Shown: positions 13,223 to 26,797, numbered from the stretch's first letter. The stretch is 64,000 nt of DNA from Amphiscolops sp. MND2022 (GCA_964187785.1 OZ076409.1:22384001-22448000), one strand, 5' to 3'. A program made the numbers and translations. Notes: generated from the letters alone by a model not told the origin.

Positions 13223-14018
13223 TGTCAGAACGAACTGACGTCTCAGAATTTAGGACGTCTTAGTAGTTCCCTTCCTTACTGGTTGACATTTTCTCAGTGA
13301 GGGCTCTCACAATACTACTCAACTTTCCAATCTGTCTGTTCATATCTATGAACCTTTGCTCTGTTCTGAGCTTTTCGTAGTCTCTCTCCATTGACCTCAT
13401 TGTCTCTCCATCATTCTCGCCAAAGTAACTTTCACGGTAATGGTCAGCTACACTGACGTTGTCACTATTATCAGAAAAACTGTCATCTTCCGATTGTTCT
13501 ACTCGGTTCTCTCTGAGAAATTGTGATCTGGTATTCATCATTCCTTAAGTTGATAGTTTAGTTTAGTAGGAATTGAATTAGGATTAGAAGGAAAATGTTA
13601 ATGATACTGATACAAAAGCAAAGTAGTAAATATATTCCAATATTGCGTAAAGGCGTGTGGTTACTGTGGTAGCACAATTTCAACTGGTGATTTTCTATTT
13701 CGTTTTAGCACCCTCAGTATTACTAGTCATGCGTACACATTACTTAATCGATTGCGTCTACTTAACTGGTGTTTTCTCATTGATCTGGCAATTCACACTT
13801 CAAGGTGCGTTGGACGACTGGTTACTTCGGTCGTTGCTAATTTCTTTCGCAGCACCTTCGCACCTGTTATTACATCACTAATCTTCATACTTTCAGCTCC
13901 AATTACTTCACGATTAAAACGGTGGTTGTAACTATGGATACAAGAATAAAGATCAATGCACTAAATGTTGAATACGACTAATTGCTTCGACAAAAGAGTG
14001 AAGTATTGGATTTTGACA
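13223..14018 (-). repeat. 3' LTR of element C (796 bp), includes a copy of the gag N-terminal coding region
   Basis: Ends TGTCAGAA...TTTTGACA (imperfect inverted repeat); similar to 23775-24545; ORF 13260-13541 duplicates ORF 23859-24092. Confidence 0.88.
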
Positions 14019-14929
14019 TCAAGAAGAGGGGAGTTCAGATTTAGGTCGGGTGGTTTGCGCATGTGGCTGTTTCGGTTTTGACGACTTGGGGCTGCAGATG
14101 TTGGTTGGCGTTATCCATCCCGTTTAATACAGTTCGATAAATGGTTACCATCGGGATGGCGACGACTCCGTTTAACAGTCGTGAGCGTTGTTGCATTATT
14201 CCGGTCGAAAATAGGAACCAGTACTGCAAGCAGCGGATAAAGAAGGAGTGAATGGCGACGTCACTGAACAGTTCGTGTATGAGTATTGCGAGTAAATAGT
14301 TCAACGGTGGCAATTGTATGCCACCTCATCCTGACGTGCGCGTCTGAAAAAGTAGGCGGGATAGAGTAAATAGTGATCGAAGAGACCGCGGCAAAGGGCA
14401 TTCCGTTGGAAGTTTTACTGTTGTTGTTAGTCTTGTTTCATTTTCACTCACTAAATACCGCTCTGCTGCTAGTTAGTTTGAATTTTGTTGGCGTCGATCG
14501 ATTTCTGAAATTATTAGAACTGTTGCTTCTTTCCTTGCCCGACAATCTTCGCTGGTCGATTAGTAAGGACATCTACGGGTTGTGTGGTTGTTTGAGATGT
14601 CACTGCTCGAAATATTTTTATTTTGTTTTTTGAATTTACCTGAATTTTCTGCGATGACGACTAAGTGTCGACATTCTGTTGTATCCTCCATTTGAGAATG
14701 GAATGATCAGGCTGTCGAACTAACGGCTGATTTCAGCAATTTGTCTTTGAAATTTTGGGTCGTACACCTTCACTTTTTTGAGATTGTATAGTTGATCAGG
14801 CCACAAAATCACGTGAACTGAACGATGATCCATTCTAGACGTCGTCTGTTGATTGTCAGTTAAAGTTATATCCTCTGTTATCACAACGGTTTATGTCCAA
14901 CGTCGGGGAAGAAACTACTGATCCTGAGC

Positions 14930-16350
14930 TTGTCTCCATTGTTTCGCAAGCTGAGAGTTTTTTTACTGGAGATCGAGGAGATGTCGTCAGGGTCAGTTTC
15001 TTCAGAGCTGGGCCAGTTAGCTGCGAACGTCCCTAGTGCCTCAAGGTGTTGTGAATTAGAGGCTCGGGTGTCTGCTGTCAGTTGCTCGGGTGGCTGCTGT
15101 AGCGTGGTCACCTTTCCAGTTCTGGTTCATATGTATCGCAAGTCTCCGTTTTGTCGATTGCAGGAGAAGGCGACGTCTCAGCATTGGCAGAGTTTCGCCA
15201 GTTATATCCTCGTTGTCAGCAAGCAGGAATGACTGGAGACACAACCTAGGTTTTCGGTCGTCTGGGCGACATGCTTCCGCGTCGAACCAGTAAGCAATGT
15301 AGCTTGTGTCCTTACTATCCAGTAAAGTAAATGTGGCAACACTGAAGTCTAGGGTCGTTGCTTTTTCGTTAGTGGGGGAAGGGCTTGGTGCTCTGGCAGT
15401 CTTATTTGCTGAACATAATTGGTTAGTGTTTGTAGGTGAATCGACTGGCCCGGCAGACCCTTTATCTCACTTGTCGTCCAAAGAAGCCATATTAGAACAC
15501 GATGTGCATGAATGAGTGAGAGTGGCGGTTGAGTCAACTATGGGCCAGTTAGGAACCGTTGGGGCAATGGCTAGGGATGACTTCTTGCTAAAGATGAAAG
15601 AGGTGTTTCGGGAAATCGTTGCCTCCCAAACATCGTCTGCTGAGCCTGTTTTGCCACTTGTGGAGTTGCCTTCTGCTCCTGTGCCAAGTGGTCAATCGGT
15701 GACTAGGGTGTCAGAGTCCCTTGATCTGGCTTGTTCAGTTCCGACGGAATTTGGAGATGGGGATCGCAAGCGAAAGATCAATACGTTGAAGCACGCCTAC
15801 TTTGTTTCATCTGTTGTGAGCCTCTTTGTGGGCTTGCCTCGACATAAGCGGGTCGTGGAAGGATATGCGTGGTGCTTGCTGCATGCCTAGTGTGCCTGTT
15901 GTCATGCACTTATTTGACGTGCAGTGGATTCAAAGCGTGATTCGGAAACGATTCACAACGCAGTTCAATGATCTTCACCCATATAGTGAACTATATGAAC
16001 AATTTTTTGTTTTGATGTCCTGGTGTTGGGTGTACTCGTGGAGTAGATGTGGTATAATATTCATCGAATATGTTGTTTTTTTCCAGTTTGTGCCAGAGCC
16101 GTAAGTGCCTATTGCTGAATTGACGGAGGGGTTTTCTGAGCTTGTGGAACGATGGGATGACGTCAGCTTATACTTCGGAACGCATCGACCAACAGCTGCA
16201 TCTGAGGTGAGGTGACAGCTAAATTTCGAAGTCCATGTGTTCGACGACCGCCTATCTCGATCTCGTTTTGCCGTCCTCAAGTATCTCCTGAGTAAAAGTG
16301 AGTGGTTTTGTTTGCTTGTCTTTTGTGGTAAAACATGTAGTTAGGAGCTT
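14930..16350 (+). pseudogene. Possible decayed antisense accessory ORF in the 3' region of element C
   Basis: Chain of protein-like + ORFs (14930-15232, 15306-15515 and 15516-15890 in one frame with a single TGA, 15826-16104, further fragments to ~16350); no family recognised. Confidence 0.4.
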
Positions 16351-18099
16351 AGTTTTTGTAATTGTGTTGGCAATTGGAATTGGAATTTGTAGTAGCGGAA
16401 GGAAAAAAGTAGCGGTAGTTTCAGTTGCTACCAAGTGTCCTACTCTGTGTTTGAGGAGCCGGAGTCGTGATGTTTGTTTTATACGGGAATTTGCAGCTTT
16501 CATTCGAGAAGTACGCCTTCTTGTCCAGTCTCCTGGTGATGTGCCCGCGCCCTACGTTCAGGGAATTTGAACATGGATACGTCGAATGATACTGAGGCCT
16601 CAACACAGTCCTATTGAGTGTTACTTGTTTTTGTTTTTTTATTTGAATTTTGTTGGATATTGTATGCTTAGTGTTAGCATACTTTATCATATTTTTTTCG
16701 TCTAATTTGCATGTTTTTCACTTAGTTGGTTTCAATTTGTTGGAAATGCTTGCTCACCTTTACGTGTCACTTCGTAGATGGTAGAATAGTTACTTTAGCG
16801 ACTACCATTGTAAAGCTCTCACTCACAAATGCCGTTTGGTGTTTTCCAGTTGACGTACATGTGGCACAAGAGGCTTTTGGTGAGTGGGTGGAGACGCTCG
16901 GCTCCTTCAGATGACTTGAACTTTTTAGGTTTTCGCTTTTATACTGGGCGGACGTGTATTCGAAAGGGTGTTTACTTTCTGAGTGCCGTTTTTAGCTTGT
17001 CAGTCAATTTTTTTTGCTTGTGTTCTATCTAGGACGTGCTGTTTATGACGTCATCATCGTTGATGTGTGTCTTTTGACGTCATCTCCCGTGATGTGTGTG
17101 TTATTGACGTCTTTGACACTTAGTCGTTACATGATTGTCATCGTGCATTTGCATGTCCACATGTAGTTTCCTGGTAATGAACGTTCTCTTTTTGCGTTGT
17201 TACGACCGTCTTTTAACTTCTTAAGTTTTTCGTTTTTTGTTCGTTTCTAAGAAAAGGTTTTTGTTGTCACAAAAACCCGTACAAAGTTAACACCGAATCC
17301 ACTTGCTAAAGAGCAAGCTTCATCTGAATATGCAAGACCAACCACACAGACACGCTTTTGACGACGCACCCACATAGCCGACACTATGATTCTTGTGGGG
17401 GGGAATGTGAGGTTTTGGTTCAACAAACAACTTTATCTAACCAGTTAAGTCGTGGTAATTTTCACTCCAGCGTGTTTGGCGGCTTAGTTTTGCTTGCTTT
17501 TCCTTCGGCGAGTTAAGGTAGCAAGAATTGTATTGACATTTCCTTTTGAGTGTGATTATTAGGTGATTTTAAATGAATTGCATAAATTATTAGCGATTTA
17601 ACTTTCGATTACATGTATTTTACGTTTGCGGAAGTTCTTTGACGACAAAAAGTATGCGTCGTTGCAGTCAGTATCGCTTTGGAATTACTGCGTTGCTTGA
17701 GTGCGGTGCTTCGCATTTGTCTATTTCCGCACTTTTCAACGCTGCTGGACGACAGTTGATTTTTGGCGGGTGCTTGTGGGTATGGTAACTATTTTAATTA
17801 TTTGTTACATGTACTTCTTAGGATGTGGGACACTCTCATTTTATTATCATGTAGTGGAAGTTCTGTTGTACCATGGTCTGTTTTTCAGGCGGTTTGTTAA
17901 TTTTTGTCAGCTACGGGTTGTCAGGGAAGGATAAAAGGTGTGATTTTTTCAAAAGGTGTTGCAAACGTAGGACAATTACCTGATGACGTTTACTATTGAT
18001 TGTTTCATTTTTAAGTTCTAAGCGTATGACGCTTTTTTGAGAACTTTACATGACTTTCATTTGGCTTTCTTGTCTTGCATGAAATTTAGTAAACAGGGT

Positions 18100-21000
18100 T
18101 TCACCTGTAAGTTCGTGAACTAAAAAGTCTCGGTAAGTTTTCGGGTTTGCTTTGGACCGTAGGTTGTACCGGGTGCTGTGATTGCGCGACTAACTTGTGT
18201 TCTGTTGCTAATGTTTGTCAGCTCGGTGTCGTCTACTGCAACTTCATCAGGTTCAACCCGGTATTCGTCGTTTGTGTTAGTGCTGACGACTGATTCGTCA
18301 GGTTGTTGCTCTAAAGTTTGCGCAGAATTTTCGTGGATCGATTGTAACTGCGATCGTTGAGTTAACCTTTATGCACGCTCATAGTATATGCTGCTGTGTT
18401 CGGTATCAATCTCCTCATGTTCAACCGTTTCGATCGTTGGTTAGAAATGAAACATTTGAGGAATGTGGTCATTGAAGAGCTCTTGATCGTCGGAGGCCTC
18501 AGGGTTAGCGAAAAAGTGGTTTGGATCTTCTTCAATTACCGGTAAGGGTGCGTTCGGAGTGAAAGGACGCAGTTGCATCCTGTGAACGCACTGAGTTCGA
18601 AAGTGCCGACTTTCCTAATTATGTAGTTGAAGTTGGTTAAGACTTTTACCACCTTGAAAGGGCCTTCCCGTTTGAAATAGTGAAACGGGATTTTTTCAGA
18701 CTGAGTTGTAACTTTGGGTTAAGCAGGAATGAGAAGTCGTTAACGTTTAGCGGTAACGCCTGCGCTTTACGGTCTTAGTACCTTTTGTACTTGTGATAGG
18801 CTTGGAGTCTGTTGTCGTTTACTTGTTTATACTTTTCAATCACTTAGTCGACTAGCTTGGCCATGTCAGTTTCCGTTGTGTCGCATTTCAGAGGGTTGCT
18901 GAATTCAAGGTCTAGTGCATTGAACGGAATCCTACCGTGGAACACTTTGCTTGGTGTACTTTCAAGTGATTTGAGGTAGGCGGTGTTGTGTGCCATGACT
19001 GCTAGATTACCATACTTGTCCCATTGGGGTCCCATTGATTTTCAGAATCTGTTTCAGTCTTTGGTGGGAGGGTTCTACCATGCCTATGGTCTGAGCATGT
19101 TTCACAGTCGCGTGTTCCATTTTGAATCCGGCAGTTCTCATAATTTCGATCATGATGCTGGATGTGAAGGCAGTCCTTTTGTCAGTAAGGATTGTCTTCG
19201 GGATGTAGGCGTGTTGAGTGAATATCTACATGAGTGCGTTCACTACAGTTTTTGTGTCTGGTCTGCAGATCGGGATATCGCGAGAAGTAATCGCACGCCG
19301 TCAGGATGTGCGTGTATCCATTTGAATGGGGCAGTTCGCCTACTAGATTGATCTCAAGTACGTCTTCGGGACCATTGCAAGGGTCATGGATTTTCTCCAG
19401 CGGAGGGTCGTTTTGGGTCGACAGGCTTGGCTTAGATACAATCGGTACAGTTGCTTACATACTTTGAAACGTGTTTACTAAGTCCTGGTATGTAATAACG
19501 CTTGCGGAGTTCTACCAACAATTTCGGTGCCCCAAGGTGTCCCTGCATGGGGTCGCCATACATCGTCTTGATCATGGGCAGAGTAGTGTTTGGAGGTAAA
19601 TCATTTTGTTTTAATAGAACTCTACCGGTGTTATCGAAAAAGTTTATGTCCAAAACTTTGTTAACTACCTCGAGACATTTTCGGTTTTTTTTAAGATTTT
19701 TTGGAGAAAAAAACTAGCAAAGTTCACGTGGTTAGGCAGGGTTCCATGTTTTCCAAGACGCGAACCATTTTTTGAACGTCCTGGTTACTCAACTCATTCT
19801 GGATGTTTTGGGCATTCCCTTGCGGCCATTTTTGGTTTACCGTGTGGGGGTGGTGGCGTCGGGTAAACTTCGTCAGCACGATGGAGGGAGACTCGCCTGT
19901 TAGGTCTGGCTCGAGATGACGACTAATGATCAGGATCATCTTAACACGGTCGTCGTCATGCTGGTGTTGGTTGTACACGAGGGAATGCAGTAAGGATTGC
20001 ATTTAGGTAAGGTCGTCGTGATTGTTGTTTGCACCAAGTTGTTGCTGTTCTGGGGTTCAATCGTCTCAATTTGTTGTTGTTGTTCAGGGTCGGAATCTTC
20101 TTCATCGTCATCTTGTTTAGGGGTTTTTGCAGTCAAGTCGATCTCGATGTAATGGACAGGAGTCTGGTCATTTAGTTTCAGGTGAATCCTGTCTTCGGAG
20201 TTGATGTCGAGCCGAGACAAATAATCTGCAGCTGGGTTCTCCACATTTGGTACGTGGGCAAGCGCAAAATCGAACTGTAGTGCTTGGTCGCAATGATTCC
20301 ACAGTTTCGGTCGGATGCGTTTTGACTGGAAGAAGCGGGTTAACGCTTTGTTGTCGGTCATGACAATAGTGGGTTTTTTGACTCCCCACAATTTGTGTGC
20401 GAATTCGTCGAAGGCAAAATGCATCGCGAGGAACTCCTTTGCGTACATTGTTAATGACATCTGGTCTTCGGTAAATATTTGCGACCCAAATGCTACTGGT
20501 GCGTATGTCTTCTTGTTCCCGTCGTTGGTCTCCGTGTTTATCTTCGATGAGAAGTAGGTGTCCCGCTGCGTTTTCACTTTCATCACACATCATGACAAGT
20601 TGCTTGTCTGGTAATGGCACCCTGAGTAACAATTTTGCAGCTCGCGCCAGATTCTCGTTAATGTCAAAAATTGCATCCTTGTGTACTTGTGTTAGTGCGA
20701 ATTTGACATCTTTCTGCAACAGTTTGTACAGTGGTAGGAGTTTCTCAGCTAACTTTGGGATGTGCTGTCTGTAAAACTGGACAAATCCGATGTATTGCTG
20801 GAGCGATTTGACTGATGTTGGCAACTTTTGGGAAATTTTTCAACAAAACTTTTCGAGGTATTTGAGAAATTTGTCGATGCGGTCTTCAAGGGGTGCGGTG
20901 ATTTTTGTTGTAATGTTTCTACCCGGGAATTCAATCTTCGGGTGTCCAGAGGCGCAATTTGACATTGAGAATTTCAATCTTGCTTTCCGAATCTGCTGAA

Positions 21001-22357
21001 ACACAGCTTCGATGTTGTTTACCAGCTCGTCCACGTTGTTTGCAGCGACTCCGATGTCATCAACGTACTGTGCACATTTGTCTGCTTTCACTAGTGCATC
21101 CATGTATTCTCGGATCGTGCTGTTAAATGCGGACAATGACTTGTTCAACCCTTGGGTGAGCCGGAGATGCGCAAAGGTTCTACTGCCAAAGTTGAATGCA
21201 AGAAGTTGAATTGATTGTTCGTCGGCCATCTGGAGGCAGTGGTAGGGTTGGGAACAATCAAGCTTGCAGAAGTACTTCTTGCCTGCCATGTGTTGGGCCG
21301 CATCTGCTACGGTGGTAACAGGGTGATTGTGTTGGTTTTAGTCGTTTTTGAGCAGGAGGTTGATGCGTCGCAAGTCGACTAGTATCCGTTGTTTGCTATT
21401 GGGCTTCCGCTGCGCAAATATTGGGCAAGAGTATTTGCTGACGGAAGTGTCGTGACGAGCCCATATTCCTGCATCAGGGGCAGTTCAACAAGTAGGTCAT
21501 CCTTCAAGTTGGTTGGGGTGGTTAAACTTTGCGCGTACACAGGATCATAATGTTTATGCGTTAACTTGATCTTGAAATCGGTATTGATACCGATGTCCAG
21601 ACGTTGACGTGCAAAAATCATGTAACATTTGACTAGCAGTGCTTGAATACTCTGTTGCATTGTTGCTCGTTGGAATTGAGTCGTCCCAGTTGAAATTCTC
21701 GAGGAGCGTCTGTCGTTGCTCGTCATCACATGTGGGATCAAACTTTTGAGCTTCTTGGAGTTGGATGATCTCGTCGAATATTCAGCGTTCAATTTTGTTG
21801 AGCATGTCTGGGTTGTTGCATGTTTCCGGTGTCGAGTACCATCGTTTGTCCGTGGATGCCTCGGGGTCTTGGAACAACTGATTGATCACGTTGTCAGCTT
21901 CATCGGGGAGTTTGGAGATCAGTGTCAGTTGCTCCTTCGACACTGGTTTGCGAGGTCCAGGGTCACAGATTAGTTTTTGAAGAAGGACGTTCCAATCAGG
22001 ATTTTGCCCATTGTAGGCAGGATCATGAATGGCTCTTGAAGACTCTTCTCCACTGAAGAACCTGAGAAGGACTTGCTTCCATAATGGTACGATACTTCCA
22101 TTGGCAATTTGGACTTTGGAGTCCGGGGCTGGATACTCTTCAAGTTGGGCGGCTGGGTGTGCTTGGAGTATCCATCTCAGTTCATTTTCAGACATTGCGC
22201 TTTGGATTGCTCCTGTGTCTAGCAATCCATAGGTCTCATATTCCCTGAATTCGAGAGGGACAAAGAGCTTTTTTTTTCTGTCAAGTTGTAGAGACGCTCT
22301 TGACTTTGGTCTGAAGTTTATGTTCTTCAGTGGGGGTTTCGTCCTGAGTACAGACAA
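18100..22357 (-). pseudogene. pol: Element C pol (PR, RT, RNase H, IN), many lesions; left boundary approximate
   Basis: LLDTGAIQSAM protease; KLDCSQPYH and YVDD RT; KEFLAMHF, MTDNKAL and NPAADYLSR RNase H; GHLGAPK...CTDC and WDKY...AHNT IN. Confidence 0.9.
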
Positions 22358-22569
22358 TAGTCATACAGGTGCCGTCGTCGCCAACTAGAGGAAGGATGTG
22401 GTAGTTGTTGTGAGACACCTTTTGATCGCAGTATCTCTTGGAGGGATTAGACCGGCTGTCAGTATGCTGCCGATATTCTGACGTCTTGGCCGTAGAGTCG
22501 TAGTGGTTGTTAGTGTGTCGCTTGTTGCGCGCACTTGTAGTCTGGTTTAATAGAGGATGACGTGGCTTC

Positions 22570-24092
22570 ACAAGTTTGTTGATATCGAGTCGAATTCGTC
22601 ATTGTACTTCACGTCGTAGTTATGGATTTCAGTTTGGGTTGGCTCTTCTGTCGCCTGTGTGACCTGCTAGGCTGGTTGGCGGTTATTTTGGGATTGTTTG
22701 AAGTCCCTGCGAAACTCGCAATTTTCTGTTGTAGATTGTTTCTCGTAGGGCACATTGCTGTAGGCTGAAGCTCCCGACACTCCGTTTCTGCAGTCGCGAA
22801 ACGAATGCCCTACTTTGCTACAGATCTGGCACACCAGCTTCGAGTTGTACCGCGGTTTGTCTGGTTGTTGTTGCTGCTGGCCGTTGTTGTTTTCTTGTTG
22901 TTGACTTTGGTCTTGATCCCATTAGCTTCGTCCCTGAGATATTTGCGGCCATCAATCCTTTTGTGGCCCGGGATGTTACAGTATCTGCAAATGCCGTGGA
23001 ACCTTCGCTTGACTGCTTTGGTGGTGTTCGTCTTGTCAGCATTATTGTGGTTGGAGGCTGGTTGGGTATTTTGTTGTTTTGGTTGGTAGTTAAATGCTTG
23101 ATTTAAAAGTTGCATGCCAGAGGTGCCAGAAAACAATTGGGCGTATCGGCAACGGCGTTGAACGAATGTCTTTATTTCTTCTACGGTGGCATCGTGCTTG
23201 CCTGCCATGGCCAATTCATTCTGAAGCTGGACCGGGAGCTTAGTGAACAGTATTGTTTCAGCAAAATCGTTTGCTTGTTTCGCTGTTTCCTTGAAAGTCG
23301 TCAAGAGGTCTGTAAATGAATACCTGGTGGGGTCGCACCTCATTTGGTCGAATTTCTATTTTGACACTTCTTCGAATTCTTCTTTGGCGTACTCTTTGTT
23401 GAAAGCAGCTAGGATATTGGTTAGTGTCGTCTCTGTAGTGATCTCTAGGGTTTGCTAGAATTCGATGGCGTCATTCCTGAGTAAGCTTTGAAAATAATTC
23501 AGCTTTTGTTCTCCGGTCAATTTGTTCATTTGCGGCCGGAAGTGGATTTTGAGCAGGTGCTCAAATTCATTATATTTATCTCAGTTTCCGCGGAAGAGAG
23601 GGACCTGGGTTTGGAGGATTTTTGATTGTATCACTCCGTTGGTCATTGTTGTACGAAGGGTGTGGATTTCCGTCATGACGTCATCTATTTGTGGTGAATG
23701 GAAGGATTGGGGAGATCTTCGTGGTACTTGCGTATTAATAGTTGATATTGGGTTCGCCGAGACTCCTGTCACCATGTCAGAATGAATTGACGTCTCAGAA
23801 TTTAGGACGTCTTGGTGGTTCCCTTCCCTACTGGTTGGCATTTTCTCAGTAAGGACTCTCACAAACTAGTCAACTCTCCAATCTGCTTGTTCATATCTAT
23901 GAACCTTTGCTCTAATCTGAGCTTTTGGTTGTCTCTCTCCATTGACCTCATTGTCTCTCCATCATTCTCGCCAAAGTAACTTTCACGGTAATGGTCAGCT
24001 ACACTGACGTTGTCACCATTATCAGAAAAACTGTCATCTTCCGATTGTTCTACTCGGTTCTCTCTGAGATTTTGTGATCTGGTTTTCACCAT
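22570..24092 (-). pseudogene. gag: Element C gag with two CCHC-type knuckles; left boundary approximate
   Basis: Starts MVKTRSQ at 24092; QVPLFRGN; CRYCNIPGH and CQICSKVGHSFRDC at about 22790-22990. Confidence 0.85.
23762..23774 (-). promoter_or_regulatory. Primer-binding site of element C (tRNA-Leu-like)
   Basis: Minus strand reads ...TCTGACA|TGGTGACAGGAGT, one mismatch to the tRNA-Leu(CAG)-type PBS TGGTGTCAGGAGT. Confidence 0.75.
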
Positions 24093-24545
24093 TCCTTAAG
24101 TTGATAGTTTAGTTTAGTAAGAATTGAATTAGGATTAGATGGAAAGTGTTAATGTTACTGATACAAAAGCAAGGTAGTAATTATATTCCAATATTGTGTA
24201 AAGGCGTGTGGTTACTGTGGTAGCACAGTTTCAACTGGTGATTTTCTATTTCGTTTTAGCACACTCTGTATTACTAGTTATTCGTACATAATACCTAATT
24301 GATTGCGTCTGATTATCTGGTGTTTTCTCATTGATCCGGCATATCACACTGTCGGACGACAGGTGCGTTGGACGACTTGTTACTTCGGTCGTTGCTAATT
24401 TCCTTCGCAGCACCTTCGCACCTGTTATTACATCACTAATCTTCATACTTTCAGCTCCGACTACTTCACGATTAAAATGGTGGTTGTAACTATGGACACA
24501 AGAATATAGATCAATGCACTAAATGTTGAATACGACTAATTGCTT
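23775..24545 (-). repeat. 5' LTR of element C (outer ~31 bp missing)
   Basis: Matches 13223-13987; similarity stops at ...ctaattgctt (24545). Confidence 0.88.
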
Positions 24546-25410
24546 TGGTTGGTAGTTTGAATCGATGCACGACAGGGTTAGATATTGCAACTCCTGAATG
24601 AAAATGAATTGATGGTTACTGCTTGATAAATGGGAAATGACTTTCATGAATTACTAATCGATGCACTGTTTAAATAAATGTTGAACTGCATGTAATGATT
24701 TTAGGTAAAATGACCACTGGATAGGCCGGTCGTTCTTTTCTAAAAAGTATTTTGTGAGTTTTTAGTTTGTGTTGAGCTTCAGCGGCTGTCTCTGAGGACC
24801 GGGATGTCTCGTCGTTATTTTCATCATGTTGTCCGGCATGTTTCTCTCTTATGATCATTCAATTGTTTGAACCAACTCAGTTAAAAAAACAATTTTCGCT
24901 TTGTTCGGTAAACGGAATTTCGTTGCAGTTTTCCCTGGAATTTTTAAACTAGTGAGTAGCTCAAACGTGTACTGAAAAAAGTTTGTGAAACTTTATATCA
25001 ACGTGTATGGAACAGCATTTCAGAGTGACAGCCGGATTCCGAAATCTTTTCGGTTAGAAAGAGCAAGAAACCATTTTAAAAAGAATGGTTTTACTGTTAT
25101 TTATAAGTTCTATTAACTTACTGAAATTAACTTACAAAGTTCATCCATATTATACAAATCATAATATTGAGATCGCTAGGAATTTACTCTAATCAATTCT
25201 TAATTTTTTTCTTAGCATAATGAGTTCTGACAGCATACGTCGGCGCACCCCTCAAGCTTTTTCAAATGAGTACCAATATTTCAAAGATGTAAAAAACGGT
25301 TCCGCTTGAGATCGATCTTGAAGATTAGAGACCTAAACGTACACGTTTTAACTGATCTACTGTCATGTAAAAAAATTTTGTACTCATGCCTTTTTGCCTA
25401 TACGCTTTAT

Positions 25411-25600
25411 AATTGGATGGAAGTGACTAGAAAGTTAGATTATAAAGTGAGAGCCAAAATTGATGTACATGCGTTATCTAACAAAGGCGAGTTGGCGTAG
25501 TTGTTAGATTAATCTAACAACTAGGCCAACTCGACTTGGTTACACAATGCATATACATCAATTTTGGCCCTAACTTTATAGTCTAAGTTTCCATCCAATT
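25411..25600. repeat. Imperfect ~190-bp palindrome (foldback)
   Basis: Centre gttagatt|aatctaac at 25510/25511; arms pair out to aattggatggaa...ttccatccaatt. Confidence 0.85.
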
Positions 25601-26128
25601 GCAGACAAAACGACAAAAATTTACTCTAATTTTCGGTTCATAATTCATATAGTGCAGAGTAAAAGCGAAGATAAGAAGTTTCGAAAACAATGGAAATCTG
25701 TTGAAAGAATTTCATGGGAGTTTTATTCTGTCAAGGTTTTTACGAAAATTTTTAGTTCGCAATTGTAGCCTGAATACTTGTCATATTATGGCGCACTATA
25801 AAAACTCACAAACTGTTCCTAGATGAACTTGATCAAGTTACAAAAATTATATCAAGAAAAATGCTTTTTTCAGCAGTTCTTATACTTTCCAAGAGCATCC
25901 TAGCAGCTAGCAACTGAAATTTTCAATTCGGATGTTCGGCGGAAGTTTGGGAGAAAAACCATGACTATCGTTGAGCAATTAAATTGTTCTTCTACTGAAA
26001 CCTACGTAACCAACTTTGTCGAACAAACTCTTCACTAAACATGTAGCTCGGTTCAGATTTCAACAGGAAAACCAAATAGCGATCAAGTGGGTTGCCAAAA
26101 ACTAGATATTCGGAGAGTATAATTTCGG

Positions 26129-26592
26129 CAAGTTCATCTTGTGACGTTTACCTTTAATTTTAAATGTGTTTTTTTTAAAGTAAATTTGCTTTCTAGTGAC
26201 AACGATTAATTTCCCACTATTTTACCCAAAGTTGGACCCGTTTTGAAATTGTTTTGTATAGGCCGGCTCGTTTCTCGCGGCTACAATTTTGTCATATCTC
26301 TCCTTATTTGAGAGTTCAATGTTCTAAAAATATGAAGTAAGCATTAAAGAACGTTTTTGGACCTTTTTTGACAAAAAGTTGGAACTTTTCTTGTTTTTAC
26401 TTAGAGTCCATGTTTTTTTAAGTTTAAAAAATTGAACCTTGGGGGAACAATGTTGCGGAATTGGAGAAAAAAACAGCAACTGACGCAAATTTTCTCACGG
26501 AGTTCAGAACTCCTTAAACACGCGAGCCTGAAAACAATCTAGCTAAAAATAACTCCAATAGGAAGACATTAAGTTTCCAGTTCTCGCGATTA
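26129..26592. repeat. Flank repeat X, copy 1 (~464 bp)
   Basis: caagttcatcttgtgacg...ttctcgcgatta recurs at 31966-32427 and 32622-33082. Confidence 0.92.
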
Positions 26593-26786
26593 TGTTGACT
26601 GCGAAAACTGCGGAGTAACGAATGTTTAATTCAAGATCAACTGTAATGTATAAAGGCAACTTGCTGCAATGGTTTTGCCGTATGTCGTTTCGACGACAGT
26701 TTTGGCAGGTACATAAATGATGTTTACAGTGAATGAATTAATTGAATGTTAGCATCAAATGTTTTGACCTTTAGACCTCTACCACA
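26593..26786 (-). repeat. 3' LTR of element D (194 bp)
   Basis: Minus strand TGTGGTAGAGG...CAACA preceded by the PPT. Confidence 0.9.
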
Positions 26787-26797
26787 TCCCCCCTTCT
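26787..26797 (-). promoter_or_regulatory. Polypurine tract of element D
   Basis: Minus strand AGAAGGGGGGA abutting the LTR TG. Confidence 0.88.

Larger units (their letters stand above)
13223..24545 (-). mobile_element. Element C: Ty3/Gypsy LTR retrotransposon, heavily degenerate
   Basis: Direct repeats 13223-14018 and 23775-24545; PBS next to the right-hand repeat; minus-strand gag/PR/RT/RH/IN fragments. Confidence 0.92.
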
